From Macrostomum lignano (taxonomy: Eukaryota): DNA of 64,000 nucleotides. Position 1 is the stretch's first letter, and each line of letters starts with the position of its first letter. This document shows, in pieces, positions 34,419-47,560 of this stretch. The stretch is taken from the NCBI GenBank assembly GCA_002269645.1, contig NIVC01002432.1, positions 62,001 through 126,000 of the forward strand, written 5' to 3'. Under the pieces are notes generated by a model. It was not told the origin of the DNA and made no database searches. It saw nothing but the letters and a program-made list of their open reading frames with translations. Made by a program: the position numbers and the translations under genes.

Positions 34419-36538
34419 CTAAGAATCTTAAGCTAAGGACTTAAGTCTTAAGATGTACTCAGCAAAATTAAAAGACCGTCAACGTTGCCTAGAGCGAAGG
34501 GGAAACGTTCGACTTCAATTTACTACACTTCAAATGAATCATTTTAACCTCTTACTCAGGTACACAGTCTATAGTGGCGGCTTTTAATATCGCTGAGTTG
34601 TAACTTAATAATCACAAGCAACAACATAGTTGAGTAAGCGCAGGAAATTTTCGTTGACAAACCTCTATCGGAGCGTCGTATGGCATGTTATAAATTCCGT
34701 CAACCATCGTCCTAGGTGGGTACTAACTGTAAATTAATCTAGAATGAGCTTACTAAGCTACGAGCTATAATTCCGTTTCTTAACTACGCCGGTACTTGGC
34801 TAGTTAGCGAATTGACCAGCCAACTCTGGGGTACGCTCGTAGACTTTGATTAATTATTGGCCCAACAATCAGTACAAAGAAATATGGATCTTTTAATTAT
34901 TATACTCCTAGTCTAGGGTCTATCGTCAAATGATTCCTATAAGTACACATTTCTTGACGAATTTAGTCCATTTATTGATTTCTTGGCGTAGAAGGCGTAA
35001 ACAAGGGATTCAATAGTCGGATTTGAGTACGTCTGCGCATGCTTCAATGATAAATCAATGAGCTCCTAATTTTAGTAGCAATCGTTTCCTTGTGAAACAC
35101 TTTCAGAATCGTATTAAACTAAGGTAAATTAGCGAAATTGACAAGAACCAAGCAATAATGACTATTTTCATTTGTTTTTGATATTCAGCTTTAAACTATA
35201 TTTTCTATCTCTGTCTGTGGAAGAACAAAAATTTTTTTCTATTTCAATTTTTACACTTCTCGGTGTCAAAATCAGTGTGCAGTTGATTCAGACCCATTTT
35301 AACACCGATTTGAGCAATCTTTAACTTACAGAGCAACCATGCTGTGATTTGAACTGATCTCAAGTGAGCAACTGATCTTTCTGTGTACTGTTTGGAGTTG
35401 CGTGAAATCCATCACGCGACTTCTAACAGCACCGACTGACTGCCGGATGATTTCACTGAAGCGACAAACGAAAGTTCCTATACATATATAGGTAGGTAGG
35501 TACATAGTTTTGATTTTTAGTGTATTGGATTACTGGCTGCATCCTAGAACTTTCGGCGAGCGACCTCTCGCCGTCTGCCACCCATTTTTCTACAGAGCGG
35601 CTGTTAAATCCCAATAATAAATGCGAGGAGCTTCTGACACGGGATAATTTCCTGTGTCTCCGCGCCCTACGCTAGATTTGCTCAGATCTTCGCTCGGATT
35701 AGCTGACCGCGTATAATCCCGGCTGCTGAGAATATAAGGGCAACCCGTTATAAGGTACAACTGTTTTCTGAGGCCTAGCACAGGTAGATAGGATCAAGAT
35801 CAGACACTAAAACCAAACGAGATTCAGAGACGAAAGCCAGAACAAACTATTGCTGCAAACTGGCGAACTGAAAGGTTTTAAATGAAGGCATCATAGGAAG
35901 GGATTATTCGGGTTGGAAAAACTTCCAATTCTTTCTTAACTTATTCCATTCTTTTCGCCTCGCTCTGCCAGGCAATATAGGGCGGAGGGTCTGGCTAATA
36001 AAGCACGGATAACTTGAAGCTGAATACAGAACTCAGACTTTATGCACGGGAGGGGCGGCGCAACTGATATGTCTGAGTAGCTATCAAGTACCCAGGTTCC
36101 GTGAGCGGCCACATTAATTGGGGGCTCGTGAACAAAAATTGGCCTGGGGCCTGTGCGTTCCGCGCGTTTCGCTTGGGCGTAACCAATGGATGACCTATAA
36201 TGTACTATGATCTATATGATATACAGTATAGATGTATTACTCGTATGTAGCTATCGCTATCGTCTCTAGTAGCCAAGTTGATACGAGGTTAACCTTGAGA
36301 AGTCTGGAAAGTTGTTTTCGACCACTAATTTTAACTCCCCAGCGCAGTCGGTTCAAAATAGTTACATGTATGACCAGCACTTGAATTCCCTTCCTACCGC
36401 TCCAGTCGGCTCTGGGTCGAACTCGACCAATAATAGAAGTAAAGCAAACAAACTTTGCAAAGATATTTGTATATTGGAATATAAAACAATATGTGAAGTA
36501 GCTCTAAAGGATTTGAAGTAGCTTTAAAGCTCTATTAA

Positions 36539-37659
36539 CTAGTTTACGCCTTGCTCTACTTTCACACTATTTGTCATTCGCTTATTCGAATTTCTAAAGC
36601 AACATTTTAGAAGATGGCAATGGTTCTTTGATTTTTTACTGTGCCACGTGCCAAAGGAGTTCACAAGACACAGGGACGGGGTGCCTGGACACTGCGAGCA
36701 GACGTACCCTGTCTTTTTTGACACTCGGTCGATTTTGCCCAACAACCTGGCCTGACTTGCTTGGATTGTGCCCGGCCGACTCGATCCAAAACGCACCGTC
36801 TGCCTGGCCCAGACTGTTCAGTCAAATCCTTGATCGCAACTTCTAAGAAGCTGAGGAAGCTCTTTGTTCCTTCAGCATTCTGGTAAACGATGCAAGCATT
36901 GCCTACCAGAAGAAGGATGACATGAAAACCGAGCTTCTGAAACCATTTTTGCGTCTTTCTGTTCGGATGGTATACGGCTGGAGTCCACTGTTCAGTCAAT
37001 CTACGCCGCCCATAAAAGACGAATAGTTGGCGATGCAAACCGGCTTTTGGATTACTTCTTCCACGTCGCCTCGGCGAATTCGAGTAACGTTGACACAGCT
37101 TGCCTGCCTCGCCCTGACTGTCAATCACGTAGACAATCTTTGTTCCGCTCTGCTTTTTGTCGACAAACTTGCACGCCTTTAAGCATTGCTGTTCCTCGCA
37201 AACCTCGCATTGCAGTCGTATAATTGCATATGAAGCCCATGATACTCTTAAACCGATTGCGAGAAAGGCAGAAAGGCTGGCTTAGGTATGAGATGTGATA
37301 GAACAAATCTTTCGACCAGTAACTGTTCAATTCAGGCTTCTTGTTTAGTCCCAAGTAGACTACAATGTCCACAAATCTCTGAATTTCATTTGGGCTACAG
37401 TCCTTCCACTGAACTACCCTGGGTGGCACATCCGGCTCTTTCCTGTACATTCATGAACTCCTTCCAGGCTCTCGCATTTGTCCAGTCCGAAAGACGCTGA
37501 AAAATGTTACCTGTCAAGAACTTCTTGACGAAAAAAGACTCATTTTCATCGGCTTGATCCGGCAGATTCCAAATTGACCTCATCCTCGGAGTCCAAGTCA
37601 GCGCTGTTGTTGATTTCAGCCAATAAAGCCTGTCTGGGTGGAGCTGTTCTCGAAGCCAT
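36539..37659 (-). mobile_element. piggyBac transposase remnant, frameshifted and internally deleted
   Basis: VYLGLNKKPELNSYWSKD, LSRNRFKSIM, KPVCIANYSSFMGGVD, RKTQKWFQKLGFH, and Cys-rich end CSQCPGTPSLCLVNSFGTWH. No TIR pair identified. Confidence 0.85.
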
Positions 37660-38909
37660 GACTTTTGAAAAACTTTTGGTAAGTTGCGGATTAAAATAAA
37701 GCACTTTACTGTCGGTGACAGAAACTCACAGAGGACACAGACATACGTGTATGTAGCTCGTACAAAATCTTTCCCTCTATGATCTTTCCGACTGGAATGG
37801 GGATACAGGGTTGAGCAGAAATTTTTCTATGGCCCGAATTTGACCCATCCAACTGAAACGGAGAGTGGCGAATATTTCCACCGTCTTGAAGAGGTTTTGA
37901 GCAAATCAAGTTGATCGAGCCATTTGGCAACAGTAGATTTGGTCTTGTCCATAGACACAGACGGAGAGGGCAATCAAGCAGGTAATTCTGATCTTTACTG
38001 CATGGAAGTCTACTACCAAATCTACTGTACTGCTGCCAACTGGGAATTCACAACTTGTTGGCTGAACTTGGCTGAGAAAAGCAATATATATAACAATAAT
38101 ATTAATTATTTTAAATAAGAATTCCATGACAATAAAGTGCTACGGATCCTCAATGTAAGTTTCTGTGTTGCAAAGCTGTTTAACTGGATGCTGATTAACT
38201 ATCGCGGTTTTAGTCCGTGAAGTTTGAATAAAAATGACTGTCAGAGCTTTGCTTATTGTCCAGATTTATAGTTTAGGACATCTATGAACTGCTGACTGAC
38301 TGACTGACTGTCATTGGCTGCTCAAATATCAGGATGAGCTTTGCAAGTCGTTGAGTTAGTAGATAAAACTGCTCACTCCTCCCCTCAAATTCTTATCGCT
38401 TACTATTCCTCGGTCAAGCAGCCAAGAATCCCAAGGATCCTCCTCACTCTACCGCTTGACATTTGTTGTCAAAAAAGCTTGGCTCAAGTAAGTTTCTATT
38501 AATGCTTACTGAGTACGCTCGTATATATAGATTCGTACAATATTCTCTTGTAAAGTTGTTTTAATTGCATCAGCGTCTTCTGCTGAATAGTTTAATTAGT
38601 ATGCTAATCGCGGCTTTGCAATATCAAAGAAACAATTTATTTTAGCATAATGTCGATCTCCTAGCTCATCGTATCACGCATGTCTTTAGTGGTATCTCCC
38701 AGGGGAAGGCAATCTCTTGGGTGATATTTCTCAATAGAGTGATTTCTTGGGTTGATACCTCTCACTCCGTACATGTAAGTCTTGCTCTACACGTAAACAG
38801 AGCTGGGGGGGGGGGCTGAAAATCTTTACGTTATGAAATTGCCAAATGACACCTTGTGTCTCAGGTAGCTGGTATTAGAGTTCGCACCACCTGCCCTCCG
38901 CTCCCAGCC

Positions 38910-40052
38910 ATGCAATCCGATCAGGACCTGCTGCTCTACACTCGGCACTGGGAATTCCGGGCAGCCAAGTGGCTCTGCTGGGCCGGCAGTCCGCTGCTCC
39001 TCCTGGTCGGGTCCGTTGCCAACTGCCTGTCTGTCTGGATACTGAAGAACCACGTGAAAAGAAATGGCACGCACAATTACCTGTTAGTGCTGAGCATAGC
39101 GGACCAGGTGACCCTGTTGTCTGGCCTGTTCAAGTCCTGGATCTCCTGCCTGCTTGGCTACGATTGCTCCCTCATCAGCGTGGAGCTGTGCATCGGCGGC
39201 AACTTCCTGTCCACCATGGCCACCTACTTCAGCGTGTTTCTCATCGCGGCCGTAACTCTCGAACGGGTGTTCGTCCTGCTGTCCCAGCTGCCGACGCCCA
39301 ACACGGCGGTTGAGCGCACCCGTCGCATCATCGGCGCCCTCCTGATTGTCTGCCTGCTGCTCAACGCCCACTGGTTCTTCGTGCTGGACGTCTACGACTT
39401 TCACTGGCGGCCGGGGTCGAACCGGACCCATCGAATCTGCGACCTGCGCCCGAGATTCGCCTCGTTGAAGCAGCCGCTCGCCTGGCTGGATTTTTCCCTC
39501 TACTCCCTGATTCCCATCTCCATTCTGGTGGTGTGCAATATCCTCATCATCCGCAAGCTGTACATCTCCAAGAAGCTCTACTCCGGCCAGTTGAACGCCG
39601 CCAGCGAGTCGGTGCGGCTCCGGCCGGTGGCGGCAGCCGACACGCAGACTGCTGGCGGCTCCACCTGCGTGCTGGCAGCGTCCGAGAGGCCGCAGCGCTC
39701 GCTGAACTCAATCACCAACGCTAATCGGCGCCCACTGTTCAGCTACCAGTCGTCTGGTCTCGGCCGGAGCGTCAACCAGGTGACGCTGATGCTCTTGCTG
39801 GTGTCGTTCTTCTTCATCTTCACCTCGCTGCCCATCACTGTGCTAAAGGTGCTCAGCTCCCTGTCGTCCGTGATCAACTTCGAGACGAACAACGACACTG
39901 TGTTCTATGCTCGCTACCAGCTCGGCCTGGCCTGTACAGAGCTGCTGATGTACGCCAATCATTCTGCTAATTTCTTTCTCTACTGCCTGGTGGCTAAGAA
40001 ATTCCGACGTGAATTTGCTCGCCGCTTTCGGGCCGCCTGTTGGTGCGGCTGA
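38910..40052 (+). CDS. Class A GPCR, FMRFamide/sex-peptide/TRH-receptor-like orphan, single coding exon, 380 aa
   Basis: GSVAN (TM1), YLLVLSIAD (TM2), TLERV (TM3), HWFF (TM4), LIPISILVVCN (TM5), FTSLP (TM6), NHSANFFLY (TM7), KKFRREF (helix 8). ATG in gccATG context. Confidence 0.9.
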   Translation: MQSDQDLLLYTRHWEFRAAKWLCWAGSPLLLLVGSVANCLSVWILKNHVKRNGTHNYLLVLSIADQVTLLSGLFKSWISCLLGYDCSLISVELCIGGNFLSTMATYFSVFLIAAVTLERVFVLLSQLPTPNTAVERTRRIIGALLIVCLLLNAHWFFVLDVYDFHWRPGSNRTHRICDLRPRFASLKQPLAWLDFSLYSLIPISILVVCNILIIRKLYISKKLYSGQLNAASESVRLRPVAAADTQTAGGSTCVLAASERPQRSLNSITNANRRPLFSYQSSGLGRSVNQVTLMLLLVSFFFIFTSLPITVLKVLSSLSSVINFETNNDTVFYARYQLGLACTELLMYANHSANFFLYCLVAKKFRREFARRFRAACWCG

Positions 40053-40125
40053 AGCCGGCATGGACCAAGGACGACTTAAGTAGATGGACGCGAAACTTCG
40101 TTTTAAGTGATAATCAATCTTTGGG

Positions 40126-40640
40126 ATTGATTATGTCTATGGCAAAGTGCCCCGGGAGGAGAGGAGCGTCCAGGATTGATTATGTCTATGGCAAAGTGTT
40201 CCCGGGAGGAGCGTGCAAGATTGATTATGTCTATGGCAAAGTGTCCCCGGGAGGAGCGTGCAAGATTGATTATGTCTATGGCAAAGTGTCCCCGGGAGGA
40301 GCGTGCAAGATTGATTATGTCTATGGCAAAGTGTCCCCGGGAGGAGCGTGCAAGATTGATTATGTCTATGGCAAAGTGTCCCCGGGAGGAGCGTGCAAGA
40401 TTGATTATGTCTATGGCAAAGTGTCCCCGGGAGGAGCGTGCAAGATTGATTATGTCTATGGCAAAGTGTCCCCGGGAGGAGCGTCCAGGATTGATTATGT
40501 CTATGGCAAAGTGCCCCGGGAGGAGAGGAGCGTCCAGGATTGATTATGTCTATGGCAAAGTGTCCCCGGGAGGAGCGTGCAAGATTGATTATGTCTATGG
40601 CAAAGTGTCCCCGGGAGGAGCGTCCAAGATTGATTATGTT
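40126..40640. repeat. 45-bp minisatellite, about 11 copies, between the GPCR stop and an AATAAA
   Basis: Unit GATTGATTATGTCTATGGCAAAGTGTCCCCGGGAGGAGCGTGCAA. AATAAA at 40652-40657. Confidence 0.95.
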
Positions 40641-40831
40641 TATTGCTGCTAAATAAAGACTGTTTCGATTTGATGCGCTAGAATAAAGAATGAGATTCGT
40701 GAGGGCCATGTTTGTCTGCGATTGCGCTAATTTCGAGCTTCACTTTTGTTTCCTTTTGGTTTTCTGGCAATAAAAATACTTTTTCGTATCCGTGGCGCAT
40801 GTTTTGTATAAACTATGGCAAGAGACTTCAT

Positions 40832-41270
40832 AAGGTCGAAATTTCACAACGTAGAAAACTCAAATAACAGCCACTTTCACAAGGTCGAAACTTTGCAAGG
40901 TCGAAATTTCACAACATCAAATAGCAGCCACTTTCACAAGGTCGAAGCTTCATAAGCTCGAAATTTTACAACGTCGAAAATTTAATATAACAAGAACTAT
41001 GCAGTAGTTTTTTACGTTGTGAAATTTCGACCTTGTGAAAATGGCTGCTATTTGAGTTTTCGATGTTATGAAATTTCGACCTTGTGAAGTTTCGACCTTT
41101 TGAAGTCCCTTGCTAAAGTTTTCGATGTTGTGAAATTTCGACCTTGTGAAGTTTCGACCTTGTGAAAGTGGTTGCTATTTGAGTTTTCGATGTTATGAAA
41201 TTTCGACCTTGTGAAATTTCGATCTTGTGAAAGAAGGTGCTTTCGACGTTGTGAAATTTCGAGTTTGTGA
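40832..41270. repeat. Foldback element built from short tandem units in inverted orientation
   Basis: Left arm units aaggtcgaaatttcacaac, right arm units gttgtgaaatttcgacctt, with a short AT-rich spacer at ~40981-41014. Confidence 0.85.
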
Positions 41271-41855
41271 AACCTGTTTTGTATGACTCTTGGTCTTTGC
41301 ATAACTGTAATCGAGTGTTTTAATGTGTTTCTTTTTTTAGTTGTCATTTGGTTATCGATAATAAACTTTCGTTGTAGTTCATAGCTGCTTTTTAGAGAGC
41401 CAAGCTAATGTCTGGCTGACTTAGCGCATTCTAGTCTGGGGCCATCCCATCCACAGATGCTCACAGATCCATTTTGAACGATTATTTCTAAATTTTACTT
41501 TGTCTCTTTGCACCTCTTGCTGTTTGGTTAATTGAGTTAGTTAAATCGAAACGACAAAACAAAAAAAGAATTTTTTCTGCGTTAGCCCAATATTTGTGTC
41601 CCGATTTTTGTGTTGTGTCTACGAATGTCTGAAGAATTCCTGTTATTCATTACGCTGTTTATTTCCTGTAACATCCTGTAACGACTTACTGTAATGAGTG
41701 TATAACAATTCTTTGGTACAGTTGATATTCCTTTTTGTTTTTAAAAACTTAAGCTATCGATATTAAAACCTGCTTTAAACGATTCTAGCTCCCTCAGTGC
41801 TGATTGGTTGGCTTGCATGTATTTTCTTTCACTGTGTGATGCCCACACCACTCCT

Positions 41856-42284
41856 ACAGTTCTCATTGGCTAGCTCGCTTGACTTATCGCCGTGTCTGTA
41901 GCCCACCCCACTCCCAAAGTTCTCATTGGCTAGCTCGCTTGACCTATCGCCGTGTCTGTAGCCCACCCCACTCCCAAAGTTCTCATTGGCTAGCTCGCTT
42001 AACTTATCACTCAGTGTCTGTAGCCCACCCCACTCCCAAAGTTCTCATTGGCTAGCTCGCTTAACTTATCACTCAGTGTCTGTAGCCCACCCCACTCCCG
42101 CAGCTCTCATTGGCTAGCTCACTTAACTTATCGCTCAGTGTCTGTAGCCCACCCCACTCCCGCAGCTCTCATTGGCTAGCTCACTTAACTTATCGCTCAG
42201 TGTCTGTAGCCCACCCCACTCCCGCAGCTCTCATTGGCTAGCTCACTTAACTTATCGCTCAGTGTCTGTAGCCCACCCCACTCC
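41856..42284. repeat. 60-62-bp minisatellite, about 7 copies
   Basis: Unit ctcattggctagctcacttaacttatcgctcagtgtctgtagcccaccccactcccgcagct. Confidence 0.93.
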
Positions 42285-42791
42285 TTCAATGCTTTGCTGT
42301 ACAAGCCTGTTCGTAATATCCATTATGTATTGTTTGCTTCTTAAGAAAACGTCGAAAATGCTGCAGTGAATTCTATATCGATGCTAGTTAGTTGCCCCAC
42401 ATAGTTAAGCTTCAATTATTAATAGGAGTAAAAAATAAATTGGAAATTCATTTTTTTTCTATTTAGAGTACGTGTAGAAAATCACTAAGACTCGGTACTG
42501 ACGATTCAAAATAGAATTTTATTAAAGTTACTGTAAATATGAGAAGATTAAGCTGGAATAAACGGTAGTTTAATTCATAGAACTCGGTTACATTGATGCA
42601 AGCTCGCTTGAGTATGTTCTTTGGTTTTTTCCTGCGCAATATGGCAAAGCTAGCCAAATTATTCGCTTGGTGAAGTGAAACTTTTATTGCTTTTAAAAAT
42701 TGAAGTTAGTTTCTTAGTGTGAAATAAAAATAAAAGCAGGATTTTTTTTAATTAAAAAAACTTTCACGGCTCTGTAAGCCGCGACGGACAA

Positions 42792-42960
42792 GGGGCCGTA
42801 GCCCAGTGGTCTGGCGCGGCGCTCTGATGTGCCAGCGGCCCAGGCTCGATTCCAAGTGCAGTCACATTAATTTGGGCCTGAGTTAGAATCTCGGCTTGGC
42901 TCTGCTCGTGCAATTAACAACCTTGAGGGCCAACCCTCAAGGCACAGTGACGATAAACGA
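42792..42960 (+). mobile_element. tRNA-derived SINE head
   Basis: A box TAGCCCAGTGG (42799-42809) and B-box-like GGCTCGATTCC (42843-42853), followed by a non-tRNA body. A weakly similar copy (cacattaattggg) is near 36090-36150. Confidence 0.6.
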
Positions 42961-44261
42961 CATGCCTAACGATAAATGAAGTTAGGGCCGCTGTACACCC
43001 CTGTGTACTTAAAGTTTCGCTTAAAGTGCAGCAGGGTGTACACCACAGATACTATTTTACCTAGAAGCGTCACTCCAGCATTCGCTCATTTAGCGGCCGC
43101 CTCTGAGGCCCCGAAAACCCCAGGGTTAGGGCCACAGACACTAGCTGCTGCTGCTACGAGCGTAATGTCTTGAGAGCAGCAAAAGCTATGGTCTATGGTC
43201 AAAACCCCGGGGTTTTCGCGCCGGAGTGGCCCATCTAGGTAATATAGAAATCTGTGGAGCACGCAGCCCCTGCCTCTAACTAAACTAAAAAGTCCCTACG
43301 AGCTGTATTGATTCATTGCGTCATGAGTCATATTTAATACGTAAGTTAGAAATTTATCTGTGTGGGTCACTCAGCTGATTCAGTCACTTAACAATTGGCA
43401 AACTCAATTTTTCTCAATGAGCTTATAGACAGCAGTTCTTAACATACAGGTGAAAAATTGACAAATAAGCTTAATTTAGCCAGTCCGTTTCCATTCCAGA
43501 TAGTTTTGCTCTAGAACTCCTTGGTACATATAAAGCTCCATGGCCGCGCTTCGTTCAACCTTTATAAGGGTATTCAAGAGTGCAGGAATGAATCTACAAG
43601 TTGTCTGCTGATAGTTGGGGAAAAAGCGAATTCTTGTTATAGCCCAGACAGGATGTGAAATTGAGCAGGAGGGAGCGGAGATCAAAGGCATATCCTCATT
43701 ATATTAATCCCGATTGATGGAGAAGTTTTTAATTTCCTAAATTCAAAATCATGCAAGGGAAAATCTAGACATTTTGCATTGCTTCTTGTGAAGTTGCTCT
43801 GAAAAAAAACTCGATTTACTTTGACTTCACTTGCAAAGGATATTGGAGGAGAAGAGGGGGGCGAGTAAGGGAATGAGTTGTGGGTAAAGAGAAGGAAAGA
43901 TGGGTTGGGGAAATGGGAGAAGGGGGGAAGCTGAGCTGCTAAATTCAAAGTCCCACAGTTTCCCAATCTTGGAATTGACGAGACAAGTCCCGAGCACAAC
44001 AGCAGCCGTGCATTTAAGCCGCTGGAATCTCGAATTCACTTTTGTGCAGCCATCGAATAGGCGCAAAACTTCATTAGATTACTCCAGTGCGCCAGATTTA
44101 TACTTATCTATTCAGAAGAAAAGCTGCTTTGCTCGAACACCGAATACAATCCATAGCAAAATACTTGCTTTAAATTATTGCTTACTAAGTCTCATAAGTG
44201 TGATCAGGCAGATTGCCATCCCCATGGCCTTCTTCAAGGCGTGTCAAGAGTGAATCGAATG

Positions 44262-44680
44262 TGATTCTCATGCTAGGGTCAGGATTGATTCTCATGGCTA
44301 GGAGCGATTCTCATGGCTAGGAGCGATTCTCATGGCTAGGAGCGATTCTCATGGCTAGGAGCGATTCTCATGGCTAGGAGCGATTCTCATGGCTAGGATC
44401 AGGAGTGATTCTCATGAGTTGGGTCAGGAGTGATTCTCATGGCTAGGATCAGGAGTGATTCTCATGAGTTGGGTCAGGAGTGATTCTCATGGCTAGGATC
44501 AGGAGTGATTCTATGAGTTGGGTCAGGAGTGATTCTCAAGGCTAGTATTAGGAGTGATTCTCATGGTTAGGATCAGGAGTGATTCTTATGAGTTGGGTCA
44601 GGAGTGATTCTCATGAGTTGGGTCAGGAGTGATTCTCATGGCTAGGATCAGGAGTGATTCTCATGAGTTAGGTCAGGAGT
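44262..44680. repeat. Composite 19-bp / 25-bp minisatellite (core GATTCTCATG)
   Basis: gattctcatggctaggagc units grade into alternating ggatcaggagtgattctcatgagtt / gggtcaggagtgattctcatggcta units. Confidence 0.9.
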
Positions 44681-45017
44681 GAATACCAGGGAAGGGCAGG
44701 GCTACGAGTAAGTCAGTTCGATGGGAGGGCAGGCAAGACGAACTTCTTATTTCAGGGCCTGAGTTGCTACGAGCGTAGTGCTCTTGCGGAAGCCTGGCTC
44801 ACCCAGCTTGGTAAGTGAGCTTGCAAAAATAGCATCAAAAGAAGAATGGCGGCTTCGAAGTCCATTTAATGAAATGACTCGTGGCTTTTTTCAGCACTCA
44901 GAAGGTCTCTTTTGCTCTTAGAAATCGAAGTTACAATTACACTCGTATACATTGGTGCAGTATGCCTTTTAAAGGCTTATGGATACTTAAGACAGGAGTT
45001 TTTTTGCTGTACTAAAT

Positions 45018-45825
<808 letters not shown>

Positions 45826-46487
45826 GAATTCTATGCCAGCGAGCAAGCGGTCAGCCTTGGCATAAAGCCTATGGTTTTGTTCACATTTAGCCAAGTGGTT
45901 AAACATTGCCGCTCAGCCGCCCCGAGAATGGAATTTGCACTTTCTGCTCTGCTAAACATCGAAGCAACTCGCAGCAAAGCTTCATGGGCTTGAGTAATTT
46001 GAAAAGACAAAGAGGGCGGCACCCCCACCCCCAGCTCATCGCTCAATCTCTGCCCCTCTCAGCCTCGAGCGCTGAGCGCTTGTGACACAACAAAATTTCT
46101 TGGGCAGATTGGTCCAGCTGAGGGTCATCAGTTCTTTGGAATGAGAACGGGGGGAGGCGGTGCTTGCTCGGCCTGACCCCCACTGAGCGCATTCACTGGG
46201 TGAAGAGAGCAACTGTCAACAGACTGAAACCGAAAAATAATGAGCCAATTATTGCCGACCTCAACAGAAAATGCTTTGATCTTTTTCGACTGTTTACAAC
46301 TTCACTGTTTGGCCGGAGCTGCTGTGGGGCACTATGGAATGATACTGAAGTAAGAACAGATGTGCGCCATCTTGATCACTTTTCAGGTCTGAGACAGTGA
46401 CTTAGGTGAGGTCGAAAAATCTGATTTAGTATTTTAAAGTCGAGTTTGTGCGACTCTGGTTTGTGTCGGTCTGGATTGTGTCAGTCG

Positions 46488-46695
46488 TGACTGTGTCAGT
46501 TGTGACTGTGTCAGTCGTGACTGTGTCAGTTGTGACTGTGTCAGTTGTGACAGTGTCAGTTGTGACTATGTCAGTTGTGACAGTGTCAGTTGTGACTGTG
46601 TCAGTTGTGACTGTTCATTTCTGACTGTGTCAGTTGTGGCTGTGTCAGTTGTGACTGTGTCAGTTGTGGCTGTGTCAGTTGTGACTGTGTCAGTC
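46488..46695. repeat. 15-bp minisatellite (GTGACTGTGTCAGTT)
   Basis: Direct tandem repetition. Each unit holds a TGAC-nnn-GTCA palindrome. Confidence 0.92.
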
Positions 46696-46765
46696 GAGGT
46701 TTTGTCTGTCAGAGATTAGGATTTGTAAATATAGTGGAAAAGCCCAAATAGGAGTGAAATCCCCC

Positions 46766-46903
46766 TCTGTGGAATCCCCTCAGTGGAATCCCCTCAGTGG
46801 AATCCTCTGAGCGGAATCCCTTTCAGTGGAATCCCCTCAGTGGAATCCCCTCCAGTGGAATCCCTTTCAGTGGAATCCCTTTCAGTGGAATCCTCTCAGT
46901 GGA
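46766..46903. repeat. 14-bp minisatellite (GTGGAATCCCCTCA)
   Basis: Direct tandem repetition. Confidence 0.9.
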
Positions 46904-47560
46904 CCCCCTTATTGGAAAGCAGACTTCCTTTTTGAGCATTTCAACCAGACCAAAAACTTTGGCAGTATTTGATTGTATTAAACAGTATTCGACTATTTCG
47001 TAGAGACAAATGCTGTTAATAAAGCGCAGATTTTTTTGCGTTAAATCATCTAGCGGTTTTCCATTTCCAGATTTTATAATGCATAATTAAAATTAGAACT
47101 CCATGGGCTTACTAGTCACTCTTGTGATGAGTGCCTGGCTGTAAGCGGGGTTTCAAGACAGAGTGAGAGGCGGCCGCAGAGGAGGTCAAAATCGCCTTCT
47201 TGTTGTTCTCCGCGGTTGAGATGGTGCGATTCATTCAACAACTAAAATGAGAGCCGTGTGTGCTCCTCGGCTTAGCTATGGGGGGGGGGGGTCATTACGC
47301 AAACTTTAATTCTAACTAGTTTATTGGGCAGCGGGTTGGGCGGCAATGAAACAGTTGTGAGAGAGTTGGTGGCGCGCGAGTTTCTGGGACGGAGGGGCGG
47401 GGGCGGCGGTCACATGCGGCGCAAAAGTCGTATAATAAGTGAGGTCGAGTCTCAGGGTGGCTTTTATAGCCAGCAGATTTCTCAACAAAGCACGGCGCTG
47501 TCTCTCCTTTCTCTCCGGTATTTTGTTCGCTAATTTAGGTTATTAGCGAGGCCTGGCAAG

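Noticed and set aside
35260-35308. 13-bp inverted repeat (tcggtgtcaaaat / attttaacaccga)
   Set aside because: Too short and isolated to call a MITE or structured RNA.
37800-38120. Possible coding remnant upstream of the piggyBac fragment
   Set aside because: Short frames with stops and no motif I could recognise.
40126-42284. CRISPR-like arrays (45-bp and 60-62-bp repeats)
   Set aside because: Units are head-to-tail with no unique spacers, no cas genes, and the context is eukaryotic.
42792-42865. Functional tRNA gene
   Set aside because: It has A/B boxes but no convincing acceptor-stem pairing or poly-T terminator, and it runs into a SINE-like body.
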